A stretch of 47,508 nt of DNA, taken from NCBI GenBank assembly GCA_002314935.1, contig DCHW01000026.1, positions 1 to 47,508 on the forward strand. The letters run 5' to 3'. Shown here piece by piece: positions 1-11,155 of this stretch. Source of the DNA: Clostridiales bacterium UBA1742. Its GTDB lineage: Bacteria > Bacillota > Clostridia > TANB77 > CAG-508. The notes under the pieces are model-generated. The model worked only from the letters and a program-made list of their open reading frames with translations. It ran no database searches and was not told the DNA's origin. Both the position numbers and the translations under genes were made by a program. The first letter of the stretch is position 1. The number at the start of each line of letters is the position of its first letter.

Positions 1-23
1 TTCAAATCCTTCCCCCGCAACCA
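1..23 (+). tRNA. 3' end of a tRNA truncated by the window edge, probably initiator tRNA-Met
   Basis: TTCAAATC T-loop followed by CCCCCGCAACCA acceptor end, typical of tRNA-fMet. The anticodon is outside the window. Confidence 0.7.
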
Positions 24-38
24 CAAAAGGCACAATGT

Positions 39-115
39 GGCGGTGTAGCTTAGTTGGTTATAGCGGCCGGTTCATACCCGGCAGGTCGTTGGTTCGAATC
101 TGACCGCCGCTACCA
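39..115 (+). tRNA. tRNA-Met (CAT), elongator type
   Basis: Cloverleaf with anticodon arm gccgg-tt CAT ac-ccggc, GGTTCGAATC T arm and encoded CCA. Confidence 0.93.
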
Positions 116-165
116 TTTCACAAATCTCAAACGCAAGTTTGTTGTTTATATTTAATTTAATATGT

Positions 166-240
166 GGCCCCTTGGTCAAGCGGTTAAGACGCCACCCTCT
201 CAAGGTGGAATCATGGGTTCGATTCCCGTAGGGGTCACCA
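166..240 (+). tRNA. tRNA-Glu (CTC)
   Basis: Anticodon arm ccacc-ct CTC aa-ggtgg, GGTTCGATTCC T arm, CCA end. Confidence 0.95.
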
Positions 241-250
241 AATTTAATAT

Positions 251-326
<76 letters not shown>

Positions 327-329
327 TAT

Positions 330-371
330 TAATTAAGGCAGAACGTTATTTTAATGGTCTGCCTTAATTTT
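330..371 (+). terminator. Intrinsic terminator after the tRNA cluster
   Basis: aattaaggcaga...tctgccttaatt stem followed by a T run. Confidence 0.65.
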
Positions 372-429
372 ATAATATAATAAAATATAAGAATCTAAAA
401 AGAAATAATATAATCTATAGAGGTGAAAA

Positions 430-1159
430 GTGAAAACAGTTATTGTTACAGGGGGATCTAAAGGAATAGGAAAATGCATAGCAACAAATTTAGCAAAAGA
501 AGGTTATAATGTAGTATTAAATTATAACAAATCTAAAAAAGAAGCGGAGAAAATAAAAGAAGAATTGAAAGCAAAAGGAATTAATATTGAAATATTTAAA
601 GCAGATGTTTCTAAAAGAGAAGAAGTAAAAAAACTTGTTAAATATTCAATAAATAAATTTACTAACATTGATGTTTTAATAAATAATGCTGGAATTGCTA
701 AGTTACAAATGTTTAACGATATTACAGATGAAGATTGGAATGAGATGATAGATACAAATTTAAATTCAGCATTTTATACTACACAAGAAGTAATATCTAA
801 TATGATACATAATAAAACTGGATGCATAATAAATATATCATCTATTTGGGGGATGGTTGGTGCATCCTGTGAGGTCGCATATTCAGTATCAAAAGCTGGA
901 TTAAATGGATTAACAAAAGCATTAGCAAAGGAATTACGGTCCATCTAATATAAGAGTAAATGCAATTGCTCCAGGGATAATAAATACAGACATGAATAGT
1001 GTGTTAGATAAAAAAATTATAGAAGAATTAAAAGAAGAAATACCACTACAAAAAATAGGAGAAGTTGAAGATGTATATAAATGCGTAAAATGGTTAATAG
1101 AAGATAGGTATACAACAGGTCAAATTATTTCTCCAAACGGAGGATATGTAGTAATATAA
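430..1159 (+). CDS. SDR family oxidoreductase (FabG/YmfI-like), ~242 aa after a +1 shift at C937
   Basis: TGGSKGIG, NNAG and YSVSK motifs. GAA TTA [C]GGT CCA TCT AAT ATA AGA GTA AAT GCA ATT GCT CCA GGG restores ELGPSNIRVNAIAPG and runs to ...TGQIISPNGGYVVI*. Confidence 0.88.
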
Positions 1160-1188
1160 AAAAACTTCAGTATAACTGAAGTCTTTTA
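1158..1188. terminator. Bidirectional terminator
   Basis: acttcagt-ata-actgaagt hairpin flanked by A and T runs between convergent genes. Confidence 0.65.
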
Positions 1189-1190
1189 TA

Positions 1191-1661
1191 TTAGTTATTA
1201 GGTATTCTTTTTTTATAATTTCCAGAAATAATTTTTGGAACATATGTAATTATTTTATAAATAGCTAATCTTATTTTTTTATTCCAAATATATGATTTTC
1301 TTAATCTATTTGGTCTATCTAAATAAGTAGAGAAGTTTTCTTGAACTACCAAATCAGTTACAGATTGATTTTCTAATGGAAAAACATAGTTTTGAGATAG
1401 ATTATTATCCCATTCGTTATTTTCATTTTTAAAACAGAAGCTAAAAATATCACTATCTAAAAGTTCAATTTCGGCTTGAAAACCTAAATCTGTTTTTTCC
1501 ATTTTAATTTCTGATAAATTATCCCAATTTTCGCCAAATCCATAGTGAATATATACTTCTTCTGAATGATTCTCAAAAAAATCTCCAGTATAAGAAATTT
1601 TTACTGTAGAATTTTTTAACAATTTATCGGTATTAAAAAATATATTTTTTGTTAATTCCAT
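1191..1661 (-). CDS. Carbohydrate (starch)-binding module protein, CBM25/CBM53-like
   Basis: VYIHYGFGENW...FCFKNENNEWDNN..QNY pattern of starch-binding modules. Confidence 0.7.
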   Translation of the reverse strand: MELTKNIFFNTDKLLKNSTVKISYTGDFFENHSEEVYIHYGFGENWDNLSEIKMEKTDLGFQAEIELLDSDIFSFCFKNENNEWDNNLSQNYVFPLENQSVTDLVVQENFSTYLDRPNRLRKSYIWNKKIRLAIYKIITYVPKIISGNYKKRIPNN

Positions 1662-1769
1662 TATTATTATTCCCCTTTTATTTATCTTTTGTCAAAAATA
1701 TTATAGTATTAAAAAAAATAATATTCAAGTATTTTTACAAAAAAATACAAAATATTTTTATATATTTTT

Positions 1770-2333
1770 TTATAATACTTTTCCTATAATGTAAAATTCA
1801 TCTGTATCAGTAATTTTAATGTCTTCAATTGATTTATCTGAAGCTTTTAAAGTGATTTTTCCATTTCTATCAAAAAATTTACGAATAACTACTTTTTGAT
1901 TTACAGAAAACAATCCAATTTCTTTACTATTTAGTAATGAATTTAATTCTATAAAAATAAATTCTCCCTTTTTTATTGAAGGTTCCATAGAGGTATCAGG
2001 CATTTTAACTGCAAGCGATGCACTTTCAATATTACTTGGACAATCTATAAAGGTATTTAATTTATCTATTGCTAGAACCTTATTATAAGAAATATGTTTT
2101 ATAGAACCATAAGCTTCTTGCTCTTCATTTATTTGTTTATCATATGTATACATTAATTGTTGATAAGGAATATTTAATGCACTACAAATATTTTTTAATG
2201 CCTTATGGCTAGGGTTTCTTTCACCTTTTTCTATATGTGTTAAATGACCAATATTTATACCGGTTAACTTTGAAAGTTCGGTTTTAGTCATTCCTTTCTC
2301 GTTTCTTACCTTTGCTATCATATCACCTATCAT
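1770..2333 (-). CDS. XRE-family HTH repressor with C-terminal S24/LexA-like peptidase domain
   Basis: N-terminal HTH (TKTELSKLTGINIGHLTHIEKGERNPS) and C-terminal DTSMEP...IRKF...IIGKV. RBS AAGGAG favours the start at 2333. Confidence 0.85.
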   Translation of the reverse strand: MIGDMIAKVRNEKGMTKTELSKLTGINIGHLTHIEKGERNPSHKALKNICSALNIPYQQLMYTYDKQINEEQEAYGSIKHISYNKVLAIDKLNTFIDCPSNIESASLAVKMPDTSMEPSIKKGEFIFIELNSLLNSKEIGLFSVNQKVVIRKFFDRNGKITLKASDKSIEDIKITDTDEFYIIGKVL

Positions 2334-2492
2334 AGAAAAATCTCCTTTTTCAAAATATGACATAATTATACACAAGAAAAAATATTTTGTCTACTAGTAA
2401 ATTTTTAAAAATGTAAAAATTTTACAAAATTATTGACTTGTCAAAAAGGTTTATGATATCATATTTGTTAAATAGACAAAGTGGAGGGAAAA

Positions 2493-2684
2493 ATGTACTC
2501 AGAACGTATTAGAGAAATGAGAATTAGAAAGGGAATGTCATTAACTGATCTTGCATATAAGAGTGGAATTTCAGTAGGATATTTATGCCATTTAGAAAAA
2601 GGAAAGAGAAAAAATCCATCTATAGAGGTAATGGAACAAATTGCAAAAGCTTTAGATAAAACTGTAACAGAAATATTTTTTTAG
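2493..2684 (+). CDS. Small XRE-family HTH regulator (Cro/SinR-like)
   Basis: SLTDLAYKSGISVGYLCHLEKGKRKNPS HTH. RBS GGAGGG upstream of ATG 2493. Confidence 0.88.
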   Translation: MYSERIREMRIRKGMSLTDLAYKSGISVGYLCHLEKGKRKNPSIEVMEQIAKALDKTVTEIFF

Positions 2685-2772
2685 TAATATAATATTTATA
2701 TAAAAATTATTGTAAAAAAAAATACTTTATGATAATATTAAAATGAAAAATGTTGTATTATGGGAGAATATT

Positions 2773-4506
2773 ATGGATGAGTTAAAAAAAGAAAAGAAAA
2801 AAATAAAAGAAACTATGCCAAGAACTTTAGAAAGTGATTTAAATAAAGAACGTAAAATAAAAATAATTTCTATAATTATATCAGGTATAATATTTATTTT
2901 ATTGATTTTATCTACAATTTTTGCATTAATAAATAAAAATACAGGAAAAATTATTTCAAAGGTAAAATTAAATAATATAGAAGTTGCTGGATTAAAAAGA
3001 GAAGAAGCAACTAATTTAATAAAAGAAAAAACAAATGAAAATTTAGAAAAAGAAATAAGTTTAGTAAGTGATGATTTTAAATATACTATAAAGTTGTCAG
3101 ACATAGAAACACAGTATGATATTGAAAATGCAGTTGATAACGCCTTAGCAGTTGGTAGAAATCAAAATGTTTTTAAAAACAATTTTAATATTATAAAAAG
3201 TATATTTTGTGAAACAAATATAGAAATTGAGACAACATACAATGAAGAAATGATTAATAACATTTTAACAGATATTTGTGATAAAATTCCGAATGCTGTT
3301 GAACAAAGCACATATACTATTGAAGATGATAAATTGATTATAATAAAAGGAAAAGATGGAAATTCAATAGATATTGATAAAACAAAGTCAGCAATTATAG
3401 ATAAAATAAATAATTTTAATGATAATACAATAGTATTAAATGTTAGTTTGGTGCAGGCTAATCCAATTGATATAAAAAAAATACATGATGAAATATATAA
3501 AGAACCTACAAATGCTTATTATACAAAAGAACCTTTTGTAGTGTATCAACATGTAAACGGAATTGATTTTGATGTGGAAAAAGCAAAAGAAATTTTAAAA
3601 GAAGATAAAGAAATATATGAAATACAACTAGATATTACAGTTCCAGAAATAACAACAGATAAAATAGGTACAGAAGCATTTCCTGATTTATTATCTGTAT
3701 TTACAACCAAATATGATGCTGGAAATATAAATAGAAGTACAAATTTAAGACTTGCAGCTAGTGCAATAAACGGAACTGTATTAATGCCTGGGGAGGTTTT
3801 TTCATACAATAAAGTTGTAGGGGAAAGAACAGCAGCTAAAGGATATAAAGCAGCTCATGGATTTTCAGGTGGTAAGGTTGTAGATATGATAGGTGGAGGA
3901 ATATGCCAAATTGCTTCAACATTATATGATGCAGCTGTTTATGCAAATTTAGAAATAGTTGAAAGAACAAATCATGTTTTCGATCCAAGTTATGTTGTCG
4001 CAGGAAAAGATGCAACAGTAGTATATGGTGCAATTGATTTTAAATTTAAAAACACAAGAAATTATCCAATTATGATAAAAGGATATGCTAGTAATGGAAT
4101 TGCTAAAATGGAGATTTATGGGATTAAGGAAGATGTAGAATATGAAGTTGAAATAGTATCTAATATATTAAGTTATATACCATATAGCGTAGTATATGAA
4201 GATGATAATAGCTTAGCAGCAGGACAAGAAGTTGTTTCTCAATATGGAATGCAGGGAATGACAAGCTCTACATACAAAATATTAAAATTAAATGGAGCTG
4301 AAGTTTCTAGAACTTTGCTTTCAAAAGACACATACAAAGCAATGAATAAAATTATAAGAAGGGGTCCTGAAAGTTCTACAAATGTAGAAACTTCAGTTCC
4401 GGAAGAAACCGTTGAAGAAATTCAACCAGTAGAAAACGTTAGTGAAGAAGTAGTAACAGAAATAGCACCAAGTGTTGAAAATGTAGTAGAAAACGTAGAA
4501 ACATAA
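2773..4506 (+). CDS. VanW-family protein with N-terminal TM, peptidoglycan-binding region and G5 domain
   Basis: TM helix, RSTNLRLAA..INGTVLMPGEVFSYN and GGGICQIASTLY (VanW), a G5-like segment and an acidic tail. The start may be 2743. Confidence 0.85.
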   Translation: MDELKKEKKKIKETMPRTLESDLNKERKIKIISIIISGIIFILLILSTIFALINKNTGKIISKVKLNNIEVAGLKREEATNLIKEKTNENLEKEISLVSDDFKYTIKLSDIETQYDIENAVDNALAVGRNQNVFKNNFNIIKSIFCETNIEIETTYNEEMINNILTDICDKIPNAVEQSTYTIEDDKLIIIKGKDGNSIDIDKTKSAIIDKINNFNDNTIVLNVSLVQANPIDIKKIHDEIYKEPTNAYYTKEPFVVYQHVNGIDFDVEKAKEILKEDKEIYEIQLDITVPEITTDKIGTEAFPDLLSVFTTKYDAGNINRSTNLRLAASAINGTVLMPGEVFSYNKVVGERTAAKGYKAAHGFSGGKVVDMIGGGICQIASTLYDAAVYANLEIVERTNHVFDPSYVVAGKDATVVYGAIDFKFKNTRNYPIMIKGYASNGIAKMEIYGIKEDVEYEVEIVSNILSYIPYSVVYEDDNSLAAGQEVVSQYGMQGMTSSTYKILKLNGAEVSRTLLSKDTYKAMNKIIRRGPESSTNVETSVPEETVEEIQPVENVSEEVVTEIAPSVENVVENVET

Positions 4507-4541
4507 AAAATCGGGAGAAATTAATCTCCCGGTATTTTTTT
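4507..4541 (+). terminator. Intrinsic terminator
   Basis: cgggaga-aattaa-tctcccg stem followed by a T tract. Confidence 0.75.
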
Positions 4542-4628
4542 AATAATAAAAAATATAGGCATTTATATTTTTAATTTATAAACTAAAAATTGTTTAAATA
4601 AATAGAAATTGATTTAATTGTATCATTC

Positions 4629-4657
4629 TTGACAAATAAAAAAAATAATATTATAAT
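4629..4657 (+). promoter_or_regulatory. Consensus sigma-A promoter of tRNA-Lys
   Basis: TTGACA-17 bp-TATAAT just upstream of the tRNA. Confidence 0.85.
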
Positions 4658-4670
4658 ACATAGGTCAAAC

Positions 4671-4746
4671 GGGTTATTAGCTCAGTTGGTAGAGCAGCAG
4701 ACTCTTAATCTGACGGTCCGGGGTTCGACTCCCCGATGACCCACCA
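4671..4746 (+). tRNA. tRNA-Lys (CTT)
   Basis: Anticodon loop ct CTT aa, GGTTCGACTCC T arm, CCA end. Confidence 0.95.
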
Positions 4747-4747
4747 A

Positions 4748-4777
4748 AAAAGTGATATAGCTTTGCTATATCACTTT
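4748..4777. terminator. Bidirectional terminator
   Basis: aaagtgatatagc-ttt-gctatatcacttt perfect hairpin. Confidence 0.75.
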
Positions 4778-4794
4778 AATCATATAAAAAAATT

Positions 4795-5340
4795 TTATTT
4801 ACACCAATCATCATCTATTGATTTTACTATCGAATCTGGAGAATTAGTAAGAATTTTATCACATTTTACATTGGCTTGTATTTTAAGACTATTTCTGAAA
4901 CTATTAACATCATCTTTTATTGTATAACCAACATCTTTGAAAGTATCTTTTAAGTCAGTATTTTTGGATAAATCCTTTTTTTGCTCTTTATATTTTTCTT
5001 TTATTTGTTTAACTAGTTGTTTAAGTCTATAAATGACAAGTTTTAATACCTGTTTTGCTGTTCTTTTTTCTCTTTTTGCATTTTTATATTTAATATTTAA
5101 TAAATTCATGTTTCTTTTAGCTCTAATTTTTTTTATAGGATGAAGTATTGGATTAATTTCTTCATATTTATTTTTAGATTTTTCATATTGTTCTCGTATA
5201 TTATCTGTATTTTGCACATGATTTTCAAAAATAGTTTCTTTTTCAGTTTTTAGAGCGTATGCTTCTTGCAAAAATTCTGTATCTCCAGTTTGTCTTGCTT
5301 TATAAAAATTTTGTAATTTACCCATAACAATTCCTCCCAT
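4795..5340 (-). CDS. Hypothetical basic coiled-coil protein
   Basis: 181-aa Lys-rich ORF with no recognisable motif. The start may be the second Met after GGAGG. Confidence 0.6.
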   Translation of the reverse strand: MGGIVMGKLQNFYKARQTGDTEFLQEAYALKTEKETIFENHVQNTDNIREQYEKSKNKYEEINPILHPIKKIRAKRNMNLLNIKYKNAKREKRTAKQVLKLVIYRLKQLVKQIKEKYKEQKKDLSKNTDLKDTFKDVGYTIKDDVNSFRNSLKIQANVKCDKILTNSPDSIVKSIDDDWCK

Positions 5341-5528
5341 CCTATCTATAGTATATCATTTTATGTAAATAAAGTCAATTTATAGGTGGATTATTCAAAG
5401 CAGATAATATAAATTTTAAATAAATATAAAAAACATTTTTGAATTTCGGGTACTCAAAAAAAGAAATTTATGTTATAATATAAAAGATTGTGTATTTACA
5501 AGAAAAAATATATAAAGAGGTGATTTTT

Positions 5529-6476
5529 ATGTTAAACATTTACAATACAAATTTAAAAACAAATAAATTTGAAAAAATAAAGGAATTTAAACCTGGTTCG
5601 TGGATTAGTTTAGTAAATCCGAGTGAAGATGAAATAAAATTTGTTTGTTCAAATTTAAATATAGAAGATGAATTCATAAAATATCCTCTAGATTATGAAG
5701 AACAAGCTAGAATTGATGTTGATGATGATACTAATATGACTTTGTTTGTAATAGATGTTCCAATTATTGAAGATAATAATGATGAAAAAAATTATACAAC
5801 AATGCCTCTTGGTATGATAGTTGTAAGAGATGAATTTTTTATTACGGTATCATTAAAGAAAAATAGAATAATAGATTCATTTGAAAAAAATAGAATAAAG
5901 GGAATGTGTACATATAAGAAAACAAGATTTGTTTTACAAATATTATATTTAAATGCTTCATTTTATTTAAATGACTTAAAGAAAATAAATAAAGAAGCAG
6001 AAAATACAGTAAAAAATTTGCAAAAGTCTATGCAAAACAAAGAATTATTGCAACTATTAAATTTGGAAAACAGTTTGGTATATATTACAACATCACTAAA
6101 AGCAAATGAATTAGTTATGGAAAAAACTGCAAGGGGAAAAATTTTAAAGGCATATGAAGAAGATGATGAAATCCTTGAGGATGCAATTATTGAAAATAGA
6201 CAGGCAATAGAAATGGGAAAAATATATAGTGATATTTTAAGTGGAACTATGGATGCTTCTGCATCTATCATATCAAATAATCTAAATGCAGTAATGAAAT
6301 TGTTAACATCAATTACAATTGTATTGTCTATACCAACATTAATTGCAAGTATATGGGGAATGAATGTAGAGTTGCCTTTTGCACATAGCACATATGGATT
6401 TGCAATTATGATGGGAATTTCAATTGCAATTTCAGCAATAACTTTTATATGGCTAAAAAAGAAAGATATGTTATAG
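5529..6476 (+). CDS. corA: CorA family Mg2+ transporter
   Basis: C-terminal two TM helices with the GMN signature (IWGMNV). RBS GAGGTG before ATG 5529. Confidence 0.9.
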   Translation: MLNIYNTNLKTNKFEKIKEFKPGSWISLVNPSEDEIKFVCSNLNIEDEFIKYPLDYEEQARIDVDDDTNMTLFVIDVPIIEDNNDEKNYTTMPLGMIVVRDEFFITVSLKKNRIIDSFEKNRIKGMCTYKKTRFVLQILYLNASFYLNDLKKINKEAENTVKNLQKSMQNKELLQLLNLENSLVYITTSLKANELVMEKTARGKILKAYEEDDEILEDAIIENRQAIEMGKIYSDILSGTMDASASIISNNLNAVMKLLTSITIVLSIPTLIASIWGMNVELPFAHSTYGFAIMMGISIAISAITFIWLKKKDML

Positions 6477-8067
<1,591 letters not shown>

Positions 8068-8070
8068 AAT

Positions 8071-8104
8071 AAAAAAATCGAACTCAATTGAGTTCAATTT
8101 TTTT
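8071..8104. terminator. Bidirectional terminator
   Basis: gaactca-at-tgagttc palindrome flanked by A and T tracts between convergent genes. Confidence 0.65.
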
Positions 8105-9164
8105 ATTGTTCAGGATTAAATTTTTCTCGAATTTCATTAATTTTAGAGTAATCATTTTTTAATATATCTAAAAAAGCATCTGTAATAGCAGGATCAAATT
8201 GTGTTCCTTTACAACGATCAAGTTCATCTATTACTATATTTAATTCTAACGAATTCCTATAAGTTCTTTTAGAAGTCATTGCGTCAAAACTATCCGCAAT
8301 AGCAGTAATTCTTGCTAAATATGGAATGTTTGTACCAACTAATTTACCAGGATATCCTGTTCCATCATATTTTTCATGATGATGTTTTACAATTGGTAAA
8401 ATATCTTTAAAAATACTTGCATTTGATAATATGTGAGCACCTATTGTTGGATGATTCTTAATTTCTGAATATTCATCATCTGTAAGTTTTGCATCTTTCA
8501 AAAGAATATTATCTGGAACACCTATTTTTCCAATATCATGGAATAAACCACCAATTTTTAAAGATTTTATATCTTCTTCAGAAAGATTTAATTTCTCGCC
8601 AATAAGAACCGAGTATGCAGAAACTCTATCAGAATGTCCTCTTGTATAGGTATCTTTGGCTTCAACAGTATAACGTAAAGTTTCTATACTTTCCATATAA
8701 GCAGTTTCTAATTTGTCATTTGCATCTATTAATTCTAGGTTAATTTGTTTTATTAAATTCATTTGTGAAATGGCTTTAATACCAGATTCTATAAGTAAAA
8801 GAAGTTGATCAAATTTATCACTTTTTTCACAATATCCTTGAATATCTAATCTTCTAATTGTTTCTAAAGGTGGAGCCAAATCTTTATGTCCAGTTAATAA
8901 TAAGATATATAATTCTTTATTGAATTTACGAATCTCTTCAACAACTTGATCTCCATGAAGTGGTGACATTATAAAATCTAAAAGCATTAAATCAAAGTGT
9001 TCATTTTTTACTTTTTCAATTGCTTCTAAAGGATCAGTTACACCTACAAAAGAATAACCAGATTTATTTAAAAAAACACCTAGAGAGTCCAAAATTCCTG
9101 ATTCATCATCAACACCAATAATTTTGTATTTAAATTCTTGATTTGCATGAATGCCTTTTCTCAT
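8103..9164 (-). CDS. Response regulator: REC plus HD-GYP phosphodiesterase
   Basis: REC (VDDE...LLDFIM...LLTG), then RGHSDRV, FHDIGK and HHEKYDGTGYP. Confidence 0.92.
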   Translation of the reverse strand: MRKGIHANQEFKYKIIGVDDESGILDSLGVFLNKSGYSFVGVTDPLEAIEKVKNEHFDLMLLDFIMSPLHGDQVVEEIRKFNKELYILLLTGHKDLAPPLETIRRLDIQGYCEKSDKFDQLLLLIESGIKAISQMNLIKQINLELIDANDKLETAYMESIETLRYTVEAKDTYTRGHSDRVSAYSVLIGEKLNLSEEDIKSLKIGGLFHDIGKIGVPDNILLKDAKLTDDEYSEIKNHPTIGAHILSNASIFKDILPIVKHHHEKYDGTGYPGKLVGTNIPYLARITAIADSFDAMTSKRTYRNSLELNIVIDELDRCKGTQFDPAITDAFLDILKNDYSKINEIREKFNPEQ

Positions 9165-9322
9165 AACATCATGCCTCCTTACATTATATTTATCATATTA
9201 TATCAAATAGATAAAAAAATGCAATAAAAAAACGAAAAAAGTTGATATATAGATATTCACAAACGGTTTTTTTTATGATATACTTTGTAAAAAAAATAAG
9301 TACCTATTTAGGGGATGTTGAA

Positions 9323-10235
9323 ATGATTTTTAAAGATTATTATAAAATATTAGGATTAAAAAATAATAGAGTATCTCAGGAAGAAATAAAAAATGCATTT
9401 AGAGAGCAAGCGAAAAAATATCATCCTGATGTAAATAGAAATAATGCAACAGAGGAAAGATTTAAAGATATAAATGAAGCATATAAAGTACTATCAGAAC
9501 AACATACTAAAAGAAAATATGATAGAATGTGGAATACTCATATTGGTAAGAAATTAGCAAAGCAAGAAAATGGTGAAAGTATACAAAATAAAGGAACCGT
9601 TTCTAGCAATTTTATTAATATGTTTTTTGGGATAGATAAAAATGAAAAAAATACAGAAAAATTAAAAGAAATGAAAAAAAATGCTATAAAAGGTGAAAAT
9701 GTTGAAACAGAAGTTAATGTAACTATAGAAGAAGCTTTTTATGGATCAGAAAAGAAAATAGCATTAAGAACTATAAATCGGAAAAATGAAAACTTTTTCA
9801 GTAAAAGTTCCGGCAGGAATTAGAAATAACGAAAAAATTAGATTGTTGGGTCAAGGAAAACCAGGACAAAATGGTGGTAAAAATGGAGATTTATTTATAA
9901 AGATTAATATAGAAAATAATAAAAAATTCAAATTAAAAGGTTATGATTTATATACAGATTTATTTATAAGTCCATGGGAAGCTGCTCTTGGAAAAAGAGT
10001 AAATGTTGCTTCTATAGAGGATGAAATTTCATTGTATATTCCAGCAGGAATTCAAAGCGGAGAACAAATAAAAATACCTAATAAAGGGTATAAAGATGGA
10101 AGAGGTAGTAGAGGAGATTTAATTGCAGAAGTAAAGACAATAGTTCCTAAAAAATTAACAGAAGATGAAAAAGAATTATTTGAAAAGTTAAAGGCGATTT
10201 CAAAATTTAATCCAAGGTCCAATAAGTTAACATAA
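9323..10235 (+). CDS. DnaJ-class co-chaperone (CbpA-like), ~303 aa after a +1 shift at C9779
   Basis: J domain (DYYKILG...YHPD) is joined via RTIN[c]GKMKTFSVKVPAG to a DnaJ C-terminal domain (GDLF, PWEAALG). No Zn-finger. Confidence 0.88.
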
Positions 10236-10248
10236 ATTAAAAAAATAA

Positions 10249-10277
10249 TTGACAGCTTTATGAGTTTATTGTATAAT
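10249..10277 (+). promoter_or_regulatory. Consensus sigma-A promoter
   Basis: TTGACA-17 bp-TATAAT upstream of the 10343-13096 gene run. Confidence 0.75.
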
Positions 10278-10342
10278 TAATAATGTAATTATACGAAAGA
10301 CAAAATACATTAATATATGTAGAAATGAGGTGCTTAAGGCAT

Positions 10343-10867
10343 ATGGAACAATTTATAGAGGGAAAACATTTTAGTATAACAGATCCCCAAAATGTAAAAA
10401 CAGTTATTTATCAAGTGAATAAAACAGAAAAAGAATTACTAAAAACTTCTCCTAAATTTACAATAGAGAGATTACAACATACAGAGGAAATTGTTGGGGA
10501 AAAAACAAAAAAAACATTTTATGTTAATGAGCCAAAACCAGAGGGGAACGATTTAGTTATTCTGTCTTTTGGACAAGGAAAGGTAGTAGTTAACACTGGG
10601 ATTTTACAAGATGATGAAGTTAGAATTTGTAAAAAACCAATCCCAATGAGCTTTAAAAAATTATATAGCGAAGAAGAAACAGAATATAAAGAAGTAGAAT
10701 ATACACCAAATTTAAAAAGACCTATTTCTATAATAGATCCAGAAACAACAGAAGAAATAAAACCAGTTTTATATTTTGATGATGAAACAAAAGAAGTAAA
10801 GGGAAAATGTAAATTAAAACCTTACAAAAGTTATTTTGCATTTGAAATTAGAGAGAAAAAACAATAA
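10343..10867 (+). CDS. Hypothetical protein
   Basis: 174-aa ORF with GAGGTG RBS, host-like codon usage, no recognised motif. Confidence 0.7.
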   Translation: MEQFIEGKHFSITDPQNVKTVIYQVNKTEKELLKTSPKFTIERLQHTEEIVGEKTKKTFYVNEPKPEGNDLVILSFGQGKVVVNTGILQDDEVRICKKPIPMSFKKLYSEEETEYKEVEYTPNLKRPISIIDPETTEEIKPVLYFDDETKEVKGKCKLKPYKSYFAFEIREKKQ

Positions 10868-10881
10868 GGAGGATTTATATT

Positions 10882-11130
10882 ATGACAGGAACTACAAATG
10901 TAGACCGTAAAAATGAAACAACTGAGGTTACAACTTCATACGAAGAATTTGATTCAACTTATGAAATGAACATTATAGGTTGGGATATTGAAGGGCAAAA
11001 ATTAGAGGAAAAAACATCAGCTAAAATAGAAGGTAATAAAACTAGAGAAAAAAAATATGGTTATGTATCTACTAAGGCGTATCCAGGAGGATATAAAGAA
11101 AAAAATAAAGAAGCTGATATAACAAAATAG
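10882..11130 (+). CDS. Small hypothetical protein
   Basis: 82-aa ORF with strong AGGAGG RBS. Confidence 0.65.
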   Translation: MTGTTNVDRKNETTEVTTSYEEFDSTYEMNIIGWDIEGQKLEEKTSAKIEGNKTREKKYGYVSTKAYPGGYKEKNKEADITK

Positions 11131-11155
11131 TAATACCAAAGAAAAGGTGAAAAAT

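Noticed and set aside
2773-4506. Vancomycin resistance locus
   Set aside because: VanW-domain proteins are common cell-envelope proteins in Clostridia, and no vanHAX or vanRS genes are present.
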